Assembly: GCA_963810095.1 (NCBI GenBank)
Contig: CAWEMM010000012.1
Coordinates: forward strand, 96,001-160,000
DNA length: 64,000 nt
Direction: 5' to 3'
Origin: an uncultured Chloroflexia bacterium
Lineage (GTDB): Bacteria; Chloroflexota; Anaerolineae; CG2-30-64-16
Part shown: piece by piece, positions 1 to 10,619 of the stretch
How the letters are laid out: each line of letters opens with the position of its first letter
How positions within the stretch are numbered: the first letter of the stretch is position 1
Position numbers and translations under genes: made by a program
The notes under the pieces: generated by a model
Seen by the model: only the letters and a program-made list of their open reading frames with translations
Database searches by the model: none
Told to the model about the DNA's origin: nothing

Positions 1-569
1 CACTTGTCGAGAACAAACATCGCGACCAGGATGCCCACCATCGACAGCACGCTCGCGATCAGCGACGTGACGTTCTGCGAGACGGCCTGGTTGATGGCCT
101 CGATGTCGTTCGTCAGGCGGCTCATCAGGTCGCCCGAAGGGTTACGGTCGAAGAAGGCGAGCGGCATCGTCTGCAGGTGCTCGAACAGGTCTTTCCGCAG
201 CCCCTTCAGGCCCCGCTGCGACACGCCGGCCATCAGCCATGCGGACACTGCCTGAAAGAACGTGTTGAGGATGTAGGTGGCGGTCATCAGCAGCGCAATT
301 CGCGGCAGGCCGGCCGCGTTCCGCGGTACGATATACCGGTCGATCGCGACGCCCAACAGGAACGGCCCGACCAGCCCGAGCAACGTGTAAATGGCAACGG
401 CGATCAGCACGAAGACCAGCGTGACCTTGAATGGGCTCAGGTAGTGGAAAAGACCGCGCAGCGCCCGGCGCGGGTCGCGTGCCTTCTCAATCGTCGCGCC
501 CATGCCGGCGGGCCGCGGTGCCTGGAACGCGCCCCGGGGTCCGCCTCCGCCTGGAGCAGAGAAGCTCAC
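1..569 (-). CDS. ABC exporter ATP-binding/permease subunit (N-terminal part; runs off the window edge)
   Basis: GTG at 569 overlaps the TGA of the upstream ABC gene. Translation IEKARDPRRALRGLFHYLSPFK...FDRNPSGDLMSRLTND is a typical ABC_membrane segment of heterodimeric exporters. Confidence 0.85.
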   Translation of the reverse strand, partial: MSFSAPGGGGPRGAFQAPRPAGMGATIEKARDPRRALRGLFHYLSPFKVTLVFVLIAVAIYTLLGLVGPFLLGVAIDRYIVPRNAAGLPRIALLMTATYILNTFFQAVSAWLMAGVSQRGLKGLRKDLFEHLQTMPLAFFDRNPSGDLMSRLTNDIEAINQAVSQNVTSLIASVLSMVGILVAMFVLDK

Positions 570-2426
570 TGGGCCCTCCCTTCCGGCGTGGCGCCGAGCG
601 CGTCCTTCGACGCGGCAGCGCCGGTCATGGCGCTGCTCCCCTCGCCGGGACCCCCATCGAAACCGTTCCCATCCGGCAGCCCGCCGCCAAGCTGCGAATC
701 ATAGATCTCCCGGTAAATTGGGCTCGACCGCAGCAGATCGCGATGCGTGCCCTCTGCGACGACCTCCCCCCGGTCGAGCACGACGATCTTGTCGGCCTTG
801 AGCACTGTGCTGATCCGCTGTGCGACCACGAACGTGGTGTGCGCCCGGCCAGGGTGATCCCTCTTCTCCGCCTCGAGCGCGTCCTGGATTTTGGTCTCGG
901 TCTCGACGTCCACCGAGCTAGTCGCATCGTCGAGGATCAGGATCTTGGGTAGCGTGAGCAGCGCGCGGGCAATCGCCAGGCGCTGCTTCTGCCCGCCAGA
1001 GAGATTGGCGCCGCGGGCGGCCACCCGGCTCTCATACCCCTGCGGCATTGCCATGATGAAATCGTGCGCCTGGCTGGCCTTCGCCGCGGCGACGACTTCA
1101 TCGTCGCTGGCCGCGGGCCGGCCATACCGGATGTTGTCGGCCACGCTGCCCGAGAAGAGCACGGTCTCCTGGGGCACGAGCGCCACCGCGCCGAGCAGGC
1201 TGTCCTCCTGCAGCGCGCGCACGTCGGCGCCAGCCACCGCGACGCTCCCGCTCTTCACGTCGTAGAAGCGCGGGATCAAGTTGACGAGTGTGGACTTGCC
1301 CGAACCGGTGGCCCCGAGCACGGCCACGGTCTGGCCGGGCTGTGCGAGCAACGACACGTCATGAAGCACCTGTTCGTTGGCCGAGCCGTTGTAGTAGAAA
1401 CCCACGCCGGTGAGCGCAACCTGCGGCTCGGCGTCGAGCAGCAGGGGCCGGGCGTCTGGGGCGTCCTGCACCTCGGGCTCCGTTTCCAGCACCCCCATGA
1501 CGCGGCCGGTCGACGCCAGGCCCTGCGCCCACGTTTGCGACAGCATGGTCATCATGATCAGCGGCGTCATCGTGGTGAGCAGGTAGTTGGTGAAGGCCAC
1601 AATCTGCCCCACCGACATCTGGCCCTGGATGGCGCTCAGGCCGCCCGCCCAAATGACGACGACCATGCCGAGGTTCACGAACACGGTGAGCACGGGGCCC
1701 ATGGTCGACATGAAGCGCATGACCCGCACGGAGGTATCGGTGTAGTCCTCGTTCGTCTGCTCGAAGCGCCGGTTTTCGTACGGCGCCGCGCACAAACGCC
1801 TTCACCACCCGCACGCCCGCGATGTTCTCCTGGAGCACGGTGTTGAGGCGATCCAGCCGCTGCTGTACGGTCAGGTACAGCGGCTCCATCTTGACGATGA
1901 AGAAGACGATCACAACCATCGTCACCAGGAGGATGGGCGTCAGGATCGAGCGCGAGGCGACTGCTGGTTGTGACCATGAGGATGAAGCTGCCGACCATCA
2001 GCAAGGGCGCCCGCGTGCCGATGCGCAGGGAGATCTGCACGAGCCGCTGCACGTTGCTCGAGTCGCTGGTGAGCCGCACCATGAGCATGCCCGTGCGCTG
2101 GCGGTCCAGGTTGCCGTAAGAGAACTCCTGGATTTTCAGGAAGATGGCGTCGCGGACGTCGCGGCGACGCTCTCGCCCACCCGGACGGATAGATAGTTGT
2201 TGCCAATGGCAATCATCGCGCTGAGCACCGAGATGCCGATCATCAGCGCCGCGGTTTGGAGCACGACGGCCTGATTGTTGGCACGAATGCCCTGGTCGAT
2301 GATGCGCTGAATGAGCCGGGGGATCGACAGGTCGAGAACGACGAGCGTCGTAAGGAGGACGAGCGCGCCCAGGGCCGGCTTCCAGTAAGGCCGGACGAAC
2401 GGCCAGAGTTTGCGAATGTTGGTCAT
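566..2426 (-). CDS. ABC exporter ATP-binding/permease subunit (frameshifted near 1795, 1945 and 2160)
   Basis: ORF pieces 2136-2456, 1675-2493, 1359-1925 and 566-1795 join into a TMD plus NBD with GATGSGKST, LSGGQKQR and LDDATSS. Confidence 0.88.
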
Positions 2427-2580
2427 GTGTTTGCGTGTCCACGCCAGATATAACAAGCGGGCGGCCCGGTACGGCCGGCATTGAGCCGATCATCCTTGGC
2501 CGCCCACACGGAGCAACATTATGCGCCCACGGGAGGGAACAGGCAAGCTCTACGGGCCCGTTTGCCCGCCTGTGCCCACC

Positions 2581-3285
2581 TCACCGGGGAGGATTGTAAC
2601 TCGGCAGCGTCGCCACAAAAGCCCCGTCGACTGCCAGCCGCACTTCCTGCTCCCCGATTTCGCTCACCCATCCCACCGGCACCAGCTTGCGGTCCTTGAA
2701 CAGCAGGCCCTGGGCGACGACGAAGTGCGACACCTCGTCTGCATGCTCGCCCGTCAGCACCTGCTCGACCGCGCCAACCTGCTGCCCGTCGGCCGAGACC
2801 ACCCGCACGCCCGGCCGAATCGCGACATTATCGTCGGGGATCGCGCGCTCGGTCCGCTCGACGACGGGCTCGGGCACGGTCAGCGCACCCAGCGTTGCCC
2901 GGGTGTTCACGTTCCCAAGCCCACCCATCTCGCCGCCCAGGACGGGAGGATAGGGGTAGACCGCGGGCGCGCCAGAAATGCCCGCGGCCGAAGTGGTCAC
3001 GGCTGCTCCCGGCGCCACGCCCGAATTGTCGGCGGGGACGTAATAGCGCTCCTCGAACTCAGGAAGCTGCTCGAGATTACCGGCATCCTCACGTAGCATG
3101 ATGCCCTCATCGTCCGCTCGGGCAACCAGCGTCAACGGCACTACCTTGTCCGTCGTGAAGAAAGCGCCCTTGCGCACCACGATGTAGTTCACTTCCTTCG
3201 TGCGCGGATCGACCACTACCCGATCCAGCTGTCCCACAGATTTCCCATCGCTTGTTCGAACGCCCGCACCCTGTTTGAACTGCAT
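2581..3285 (-). CDS. PRC-barrel domain protein (two PRC barrels)
   Basis: GAGVRTSDGKSVGQLDRVVVDP and GVRVVSADGQQVGAVEQV repeats; GAGGAG RBS. Confidence 0.85.
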   Translation of the reverse strand: MQFKQGAGVRTSDGKSVGQLDRVVVDPRTKEVNYIVVRKGAFFTTDKVVPLTLVARADDEGIMLREDAGNLEQLPEFEERYYVPADNSGVAPGAAVTTSAAGISGAPAVYPYPPVLGGEMGGLGNVNTRATLGALTVPEPVVERTERAIPDDNVAIRPGVRVVSADGQQVGAVEQVLTGEHADEVSHFVVAQGLLFKDRKLVPVGWVSEIGEQEVRLAVDGAFVATLPSYNPPR

Positions 3286-3420
3286 TTCTCACTCCTCGTT
3301 TCATTTGTCCGGCACAACCCAAAGCAGACTCGCGCCCTGGCTCTCAGCGGAAACGGCAGGCCGCCGCCACCGAAATCGGGCTGAGATCGACCGGGAAAAC
3401 CGCTACGTCCGGCCTTGGCG

Positions 3421-4377
3421 TCAGCTGTCCGGCTCGAGCCGCGCTCGCTGCGCAGGCCCGGCCAACTCGGCCACCACGCTCTGCGCCGACACCGGCAGCA
3501 TCTCGCCCGCATCTCGCAGGTTCCAGACGAGCACGTCCCATAGATCAGGCGCGGCATCCCGGATGTAGACCAGGTCTTCGCGCAAGCGATCCGGGCTAAG
3601 CGCCTGGGCTTTCTGCAGCTGCTGCTCCACCCTCCGCAGGTGATCCTGCAGCCGGCCACGGTCGCGGTCGCCAATCTCGGGGTTGCCTTCGAGCGCCATC
3701 TCGACCGGTTGAATCAGGCTCCGGATGTCGCCCGTCGTCATCGCGGCGACGCTCGCTGCACTCTCGACCGGCGAGTCGTACAGGCTGCCCGGACGTTTGG
3801 CCGAGTCCTCCAGGTCCTCGTCGGGGAGGAACTGATCGTACACGTAGGTGCTGCCGCCCCACGTCTCGCCTTGCGTCAGCGGCGACGCATCCGCGCCCTG
3901 GCCGATCATGGTCTCGCCGTCCATATCGCCCTGGCTCGCCAGCAGCACGCCGCCCAGGTCGTCGGCCGCCTCGCTGCTCGTGATCACCGACCCATCGGTG
4001 CCGACAATGGCCGTGCCGTCCTCGAAGTGACCGGCGACGACCACACCCTGATCATCGTCATCCTGCGGTCCCGGTCCGTCGCTGGCGACGAGTTCGTCGT
4101 ACTGTTCTTCCAGGCTCTGCAGACGGACGCCGAACTCCGTGTCGCCCTCGACGGCGGCCTCGATCGCGCCGATCAATTCTGCCCGGTTGCTGTCCGGGTC
4201 CTGATCGAACTCGTCCCAGAGGGAGAAGTACATATCGCTCTGGCGGAGCCGTTCCCGTATGACCCCGTCCATCTCTTCGACTACCGTTATGGCTTCTGGT
4301 CCTGCTGCTTGCTCGAGCTCGGCGCCGGCGCCCCGGCGCAACATGCGCAGCAGGTCCACCACGTCGTTCACTGCCAC
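3421..4377 (-). CDS. Acidic hypothetical protein
   Basis: 318 aa D/E-rich ORF with natural composition and a GAGGAGG RBS upstream. Confidence 0.75.
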   Translation of the reverse strand: MAVNDVVDLLRMLRRGAGAELEQAAGPEAITVVEEMDGVIRERLRQSDMYFSLWDEFDQDPDSNRAELIGAIEAAVEGDTEFGVRLQSLEEQYDELVASDGPGPQDDDDQGVVVAGHFEDGTAIVGTDGSVITSSEAADDLGGVLLASQGDMDGETMIGQGADASPLTQGETWGGSTYVYDQFLPDEDLEDSAKRPGSLYDSPVESAASVAAMTTGDIRSLIQPVEMALEGNPEIGDRDRGRLQDHLRRVEQQLQKAQALSPDRLREDLVYIRDAAPDLWDVLVWNLRDAGEMLPVSAQSVVAELAGPAQRARLEPDS

Positions 4378-4598
4378 ATGATCCTCCTCACGTGCTCACG
4401 CACACGTGCTCACGCGTCGTCTCAAGCCTGACGGTTGATCGCGCCTCCACAGGTGCGCGACGAGAGGCATGAGGCCACCCGCCTCGCAACATAGAACGAC
4501 GGGGACGGAAGAAGTGATCCATTTGCCGCCGGTGAGCAGGCGTGCGTCGCGGCGACATGGGCCGTGCGCGCCGGCGAGATCGGGACGATTGAAGCCGG

Positions 4599-4769
4599 CT
4601 AACGGGTGGCGGAGAGGCTGAGCCTGAGTTCGTGCGGCGGCGCGGCGGAGCTGAGGACTCGCGGCCGCACATCGCCTGGGGGCAGCGGGATCAGCAGCAC
4701 CAGGCCCAGAAGCACGATAACCAGCACCCATCTCAGGACGAGATGCTCGGTCAGACCCTTTTCAGTCAT
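4599..4769 (-). CDS. Small single-pass membrane protein (56 aa, not in ORF track)
   Basis: MTEKGLTEHLVLRWVLVIVLLGLVLLIPLPPG...; the ATG overlaps the stop of the ABC ATPase gene (ATGACTGA). Confidence 0.55.
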   Translation of the reverse strand: MTEKGLTEHLVLRWVLVIVLLGLVLLIPLPPGDVRPRVLSSAAPPHELRLSLSATR

Positions 4770-5478
4770 GGGAGGGTTCTCCGATGGGAGGGAGTTCGAT
4801 GAGCCGGCCCGCAGCCAGCGTCAGCGTGCGCCCCTCGTGGCGGATGGGCGTGTCCTTAGCTGTAGCCAGCACGACGGTCAAGCTTGCGCTGCGCTGATAA
4901 TGGCGCAGCAGCGCTAAGATCTCGTCGACGCCCTGTTCGCAGAGGCCGGCCGTTGGCTCGTCGGCCAGAAGCACCTCCGGACGCCGGACGAGCGCCCGTG
5001 CGATGACGAGCCGCTGCTGGTCGACGCCAGCCAGCTGGCGCGGGTATGCCCCGAGCCTCTCGCCGAGCCCGACTTCGCCGAGCAACTCCATGGCCCACCG
5101 GGTGCGCTCGCCCGCGTCCTCGTTCATCCGGTGAAGCGTCATCGACAACAGGACGTTCTCCAGCGCCGTCAATGACGGCATGAGTGTGGGAAACTGAAAC
5201 ACGAAGCCGACGTGCGCGGTCCGGAAAAGCGACCGCTGCGGATCGGGAAGCCGCCAAACTTCCACGCCGTCATACAGCACCTTGCCCTCGCTGGGCAGGG
5301 TCAGGCCGGCAATGAGGTTTAGCAAGGTCGTTTTGCCAGAGCCAGGATGTGCCGCGATCACCACGAATTCACCCCGGTCGACGACCAGGTGTGCGTCACA
5401 CACTGCGTTCACTACACTCGAGGCCGACACATAGCTTTTGCTGACATGGCGCAGTTCAATGAATGGGGCTGTTGCCAT
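4762..5478 (-). CDS. LolD/MacB-type ABC ATPase with degenerate motifs
   Basis: AAHPGSGKTT Walker A, VGFVFQ Q-loop, LAGVDQQR signature, LLADEPT Walker B; H-switch replaced (LATAKD). Confidence 0.8.
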   Translation of the reverse strand: MATAPFIELRHVSKSYVSASSVVNAVCDAHLVVDRGEFVVIAAHPGSGKTTLLNLIAGLTLPSEGKVLYDGVEVWRLPDPQRSLFRTAHVGFVFQFPTLMPSLTALENVLLSMTLHRMNEDAGERTRWAMELLGEVGLGERLGAYPRQLAGVDQQRLVIARALVRRPEVLLADEPTAGLCEQGVDEILALLRHYQRSASLTVVLATAKDTPIRHEGRTLTLAAGRLIELPPIGEPSHD

Positions 5479-5773
5479 GCATAACTCCCTTCAGGTGCGT
5501 AGCGCAGAGTGCTACACCCGGCAGCGACCCAGTCCATCGCGCGGACCGAAGAATCGCGAGCCCGGGCAGAGAGGGTGGACGCCCGCAGTCAGAGACAGTA
5601 TATGACTTCTGCTTGCACCCGGTAACCGTGGATTCCACCCATTCTCAGAGCGCCGGAAAGCCGTACTAAGTACCGATGCGGGAGCGACATTTGGCAGGGG
5701 CGCCGATAGGACATTTCGCCTCGCCTTTGATATGATTGCGCAAACATGCCGAAAGGAGCCGCCGCAGCCTCCC

Positions 5774-7174
5774 ATGGACGAGTTCCAGCCCCAAACCATC
5801 ATCGAGCCGTTTCGCGTCCGCTCAGTCGAGCCGATACGCTTCACCACGCGCGGCGAACGCGAGCAGTTGCTCGCCGCCGCAGGCTACAATCCCTTCCTGC
5901 TGAAGGCCGAGCACGTGCTCATCGACCTGCTGACCGACAGCGGCACGGGTGCGATGTCTTCCCGGCAGTGGTCGGGCATGATCGCATCCGACGAATCGTA
6001 CGCGGGCGCCGCGTCGTTCTATCGCTTCGAGGCCGCGGTCCGGGATATCACGGGCTTCAAGCACGTGATCCCCACGCACCAAGGCCGCGCGGCCGAGCAC
6101 ATCCTCTTCAGCGTGATTGCAAAGCCCGGCGACGTCGTGCTCAACAATACGCACTTCGACACGACCCGCGCACACGTGGAGAACCGGGGCGCGGAAGCGC
6201 GCGACCTGGTGACCGCCGAGGGCCGCCAGCCGCACCTGCGCCTGCCCTTCAAGGGTAACATCGACCTGGACGCACTGCGCCGGACGATCGACGAGGTCGG
6301 CCCGTCACGCATCCCCGCCGTCATGATCACCGTGACCAACAACTCGGGTGGCGGCCAGCCGGTCAGCATGGCCAACATCCGCGCGGCGAGTGAAATCAGC
6401 CACGCCGCGGGGCTGCCCTTCCTGATCGACGCCTGCCGCTTCGCAGAGAACAGCTGGTTCATCAAGACGCGCGAGGACGGCTACGCGGACAAAACGCCCA
6501 TCGAGATCGCCCGCGAGATGTTCAGCTACGCGGACGGCTGTACGATGAGCGCAAAGAAGGACGGCATGGCCAACATCGGCGGCTTCCTCGCCGTCAACGA
6601 CGATGTACCGGGCCACCCGGGGCTGGCAGCCGCCTGCCGTAACGTCGAGATCCTGACCGAGGGGTTCCCCACTTATGGCGGCATGGCCGGCTATGACTTG
6701 GAAGCCATCGCGGTGGGCCTGTACGAGGCGCTGGACGAAGGGTACCTGCGCTACCGCATCCGCTCGATGGAGTACCTCGGCGACAAGCTGACCGGGGCAG
6801 GGGTGCCCATCGTGCTGCCCACCGGTGGGCATGCCGTCTACCTGGACGCGGGCGCGATGCTGCCCCACATACCGGCGCTCCAGTACCCCGCCTGGTCGCT
6901 CAACAACGCGCTCTACCTGGTGGGCGGGGTGCGGGGGGTCGAGATCGGGACGGTGATGTTCGGGCTGCAGCCGGACGGGACCGAAAAACCGGCGACGAAC
7001 GACCTGGTGCGGCTTGCATTTCCCCGCCGGGTCTATACGCAGAGCCACGTCGACTACCTGGCCGAAGTGATCCTGGCCGTCTTTGCCGCCCGCTCCGAGC
7101 TACCCGGCTACCGCATCGTGGAGCAGGCGGCCGTCTTGCGCCACTTCACCGCTCGGCTGGCGCCTCTCGGCTAG
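5774..7174 (+). CDS. tnaA: Tryptophanase (beta-eliminating PLP lyase; tyrosine phenol-lyase not excluded)
   Basis: IIEPFRVRSVEP, IDLLTDSGT, HQGRAAE, PLP-lysine motif MSAKKDG, C-terminal LRHFTA. Confidence 0.88.
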   Translation: MDEFQPQTIIEPFRVRSVEPIRFTTRGEREQLLAAAGYNPFLLKAEHVLIDLLTDSGTGAMSSRQWSGMIASDESYAGAASFYRFEAAVRDITGFKHVIPTHQGRAAEHILFSVIAKPGDVVLNNTHFDTTRAHVENRGAEARDLVTAEGRQPHLRLPFKGNIDLDALRRTIDEVGPSRIPAVMITVTNNSGGGQPVSMANIRAASEISHAAGLPFLIDACRFAENSWFIKTREDGYADKTPIEIAREMFSYADGCTMSAKKDGMANIGGFLAVNDDVPGHPGLAAACRNVEILTEGFPTYGGMAGYDLEAIAVGLYEALDEGYLRYRIRSMEYLGDKLTGAGVPIVLPTGGHAVYLDAGAMLPHIPALQYPAWSLNNALYLVGGVRGVEIGTVMFGLQPDGTEKPATNDLVRLAFPRRVYTQSHVDYLAEVILAVFAARSELPGYRIVEQAAVLRHFTARLAPLG

Positions 7175-7192
7175 GCGTGTCGAACAACACCT

Positions 7193-7220
7193 GAAGGGGC
7201 GAGCCTGCACTCGCCCCTTC
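7193..7220 (+). terminator. GC-rich hairpin downstream of tnaA
   Basis: gaaggggcgag-cctgca-ctcgccccttc, an 11-bp perfect stem. Confidence 0.55.
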
Positions 7221-7533
7221 AGCAAGGTTTTCTGGCCTTCCAAGCACGACGCGCGTGAAATAGCCGGACAGAGCGGACGATAGGCGGGTGAAGCGCTCGC
7301 GCGCCCGTCCTCATCCGCTGTGCGGCAACCCTGTCACCCTCGGAGTCTCGCCCTGCCCCACTGCCCGCCACACGACTCACCGTCCATACGTGTGCGCGAA
7401 GGCACAAAACCCTTTTCGGTCTTTTGTCGGATGAATGCGTCCATGTTGTATGTTAACCTGCCACAGTTGCGTAAGTGCATTTTGCCGATGGTTTGGCGCG
7501 CCTTGCATTTGGCGGACGCCGGGAAGGACAATC

Positions 7534-8970
7534 ATGCGCTGGACCCGAGTGCGCATTTTGAGCATCATCGCCCCGCTGTTGGTCGGCGGGCTTATCGTGG
7601 CCGGATGCGGGAGTGCGGCGCCCCAGCCCTCGGTTGCCACGCCTGCCCCGGCCGCCACCGCAGCGAGCCCCACCCTCGCGCCGGCAGCGGCCTCGGCTAA
7701 ATTGGCCGTTAACGCCGCGGCGGTCCCTGCGCCCGGCGACGAGCCCGTACTCCATCCGGACGTTTCCGGCCAGATCGAGTTGTGGCACTTCTGGGGGTCG
7801 CCGGTGCGCCGGAATGCCCTGCGCCGCGTCATTGCGCTCTGTCAGCAGCAGCTGCCCAATATCCAGGTGAACGACTCGGTTAAGCCGGTCGGCGATATCT
7901 GGACGGCAAACGTTGCCGCGGTAGCCGCGGGCGCCGGTATGCCCGACGTGATCGTCTCCGATCGGCGCACGCTGCCCGAAGACGCGGCCGACGGCGTGTA
8001 CATGTCCTTGCAGGAGTGGGCAGACCGCGACAACGTCCGTCGCGAGCAGTTCTATAACTGGGCCTGGGATCAGGCGCTCTACGAGGGCCAGGTTTACGGT
8101 ATCCCGCACGAGACCGACGTAACGGTGCTGTTCTACAACAAGACCTTGTTCGCACAGGCCGGGCTCGACCCGAACAAGCCGCCCAAGACGTGGGCCGATC
8201 TCGAGGCGTACGCGGACAAGCTGGACAAGATCGGGGCCGGGGGCAAGCTCGAGCGGGTGGGCTTCTTCCCGCTGTGGAATCGCGGGGTCGACGTCTGGCA
8301 GTACACGAATAGCGCCGACATGATTCGACAGGACGGCACGCCGCAGGTCAACAACCCAAAGATGGTCGAGACGGTCGACTGGCTTAAGAAATGGGTCGAT
8401 CGCTACGGCGGTTTCGATAAGCTGCAGGCATTTCGCAATCAGTACGACGCGGCGCCCAACGACCTCTTCATGTCGTCGGCCGTCGCGATGTACGTCGACA
8501 TATTTGGGTACAATAGCCAGCTGCAGTTCTACCGCCCGATGGTGAAGCTCGACGACGGGGAGGAACAGCGGCTCGACTGGGGCATCGCCCTGCTGCCCTA
8601 CAACACGAAGCCCGGCACCTGGAGCGGCGGCTTTGCCATGTCGATTCCCACAGGCGCCAGGAATCCCGCAGCCGCCTGGGAGTTCATCAAGTGCGCCACC
8701 TCGAGCGCGGGCCAGGCGTCGTGGGCGCGCGACACGCAGGCACAGCCGACGAACCTGAAGGCCGCCACCGACCCCGCGCTGCTCGCCGATCCGGCCTGGG
8801 CCATCGTCGACCGGGCGCTGCAAACCAGCACGGGGGGCGTCTACGTGCCGCGCTATCCGAATTGGACCGAACAGCTGACACAGCGCTGGGAGACGGTTTG
8901 GCGCGGCGACCTGACGCCGGCGCAGATGCTGAACGAGGCACAGGCAGCCGTCCAGGAGGCGTTGCAATGA
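7534..8970 (+). CDS. ABC sugar-binding lipoprotein (SBP family 1)
   Basis: Lipobox IVAGC, Pro/Ala linker, LFYNKTLFAQAGLDPNKPPKTW, AAWEFIK. Confidence 0.9.
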   Translation: MRWTRVRILSIIAPLLVGGLIVAGCGSAAPQPSVATPAPAATAASPTLAPAAASAKLAVNAAAVPAPGDEPVLHPDVSGQIELWHFWGSPVRRNALRRVIALCQQQLPNIQVNDSVKPVGDIWTANVAAVAAGAGMPDVIVSDRRTLPEDAADGVYMSLQEWADRDNVRREQFYNWAWDQALYEGQVYGIPHETDVTVLFYNKTLFAQAGLDPNKPPKTWADLEAYADKLDKIGAGGKLERVGFFPLWNRGVDVWQYTNSADMIRQDGTPQVNNPKMVETVDWLKKWVDRYGGFDKLQAFRNQYDAAPNDLFMSSAVAMYVDIFGYNSQLQFYRPMVKLDDGEEQRLDWGIALLPYNTKPGTWSGGFAMSIPTGARNPAAAWEFIKCATSSAGQASWARDTQAQPTNLKAATDPALLADPAWAIVDRALQTSTGGVYVPRYPNWTEQLTQRWETVWRGDLTPAQMLNEAQAAVQEALQ

Positions 8971-9028
8971 TCCTGAGCCTCAGCTATCCATGTGACCGCG
9001 CACGGCCAGGCTCGATCGGCCGTGAACT

Positions 9029-10619
9029 GTGACGAGTCCGAGCGGCGAACCCGTGCTGTTGGGCATTGATGCCGGTTCCACGAACGCCAAGGCCGGCCTG
9101 TTTACGACCGGTGGCGGCCTCGTCGCGCTCGCCTCGCGGCCGATGCCGCTGCGCCGGAGCAACGACGGAAGCTCGTGGTTCGATCCCGACCAGGTCTGGT
9201 CGGTGGTCAGCGACGCGATCCGGGAAGTCGTCGCGGCGGCCGGCAGCCCAAATGTGGCGGCGGTCGGCGTGGCGAGCATGGCGGAAACCGGAATCCTGCT
9301 CGACGCCTCGACCGGCATCGCCCGCAGCTACCTGATCCCCTGGTTTGACACCGGCGCGGCCCGGGACGCCGAGATGCTCGGCCGCCTCGCCAGTCCCCTC
9401 GACCGCTTCTGCCACACGGGACTCACGCTGAACTACAAGGCAGGGCTCGCCAAGATTCTCTCCCAGGTGCGCCAGCGCGGTGCGGCAGTGGCCGTTGGGG
9501 CCAGGTGGCTATCTACGGCCGACTACCTCGTCCACCGGCTTACCGGCGCCTTGGCGACCGATCCGACGCTTGCCGCCAGGACCCATGCATTCGACATCCG
9601 GCAGCAGCAATGGGATGGCGAGTGGGTGCAACGGGCCGGCGTTTGTGGCGAGATCTTCCCGCAAGTCCTGCCCTCCGGCGCGCCCGCGGGGACGCTCTCA
9701 CTTGCCGCAAGCGAGGACACGGGGCTGTCGGCAGGGACGCCGGTCGCGGTGGCCGGCCACGATCACGTGGTCGCCGCGTATGCGCTCGGTGTCGTCGCAC
9801 CCGGCCGCGTGCTCGATTCGATGGGGACTGCGGAGTCTATCGTGGGCGCCGCGCCGCCGCGCGAGTTGACGAGGGGCGACCTCGAAGCCGGCCTCGTCTT
9901 TGGCCCGCATGTTTTGCCGGATACGTTCTGCTGGATGGGCGCGCTGGCCGCGTCGGGCGGCTCAATCGAGTGGATGCGCACCATGCTGGCAGACCCGCAC
10001 GTCTCGTACGAGCACCTGCTGAACCTGTTAGCCCGTGCGCCGGCCGGCCCCTCGCCGATCTTGTACTTCCCGTATCTGGCCGGCGCGCAGGCGCCCCGGC
10101 CCGACGGCGCGGCCCGCGGCGGCGTTCGTGGGGCTGCGGGCCAACCACAGTGCGAGCGACCTCGCGCTTGCTGTGCTCCAGGGCGCGGCGTACGAGGTGG
10201 AGCGCATCCGGCAGGTGGCAGAAAGTCTCACGGGACCCATCGAGGAGATCATTGCAGTGGGCGGCGGCAGCCGGATTCGCCGGTGGGTGCAGATCAAGGC
10301 AGACGTGGCGGGCCGGCCCATCTACGTGCCGGCACAGGCCGAGGCTACCGCGCTGGGCGCGGCGTTGCTGGCAGGCGTGGGCGCGGGCGTCTTCACGGGT
10401 CACGACGAGGTACAGGGATTGCTACGTCAGGCGACGTCTCGCGAGGCGGACGAGACAGACGCGCGCGCGGGCCGGCGCACGGGGGTGGTGAAGCCTGACC
10501 CGGTCGAGCACCGCCTGCACACTCGGCTGCTCGACGGCCCCTACGCGGCCCTGCAAGAGCCACTGCGAGCGGCCAGCCGCGCCATCTCGGCCGCGCTGCG
10601 CGAAGATGAAGGCAACTGA
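9029..10619 (+). CDS. FGGY-family carbohydrate kinase (frameshift near 10120)
   Basis: LLGIDAGSTNAK, AGHDH, MGTAE in the first frame; VGGGSR, QIKADV, EATALGAA in the second. Confidence 0.88.

Noticed and set aside
5600-5773. TnaC-like leader peptide upstream of tnaA
   Set aside because: A likely -10 (TATGAT at 5731) lies close to the RBS and leaves no room for a Trp-containing leader ORF.
7453-8967. Long antisense ORFs (e.g. 7453-8967, 29787-31442, 37627-39045, 57344-58636)
   Set aside because: Shadow frames of real high-GC genes, with no motifs of their own.
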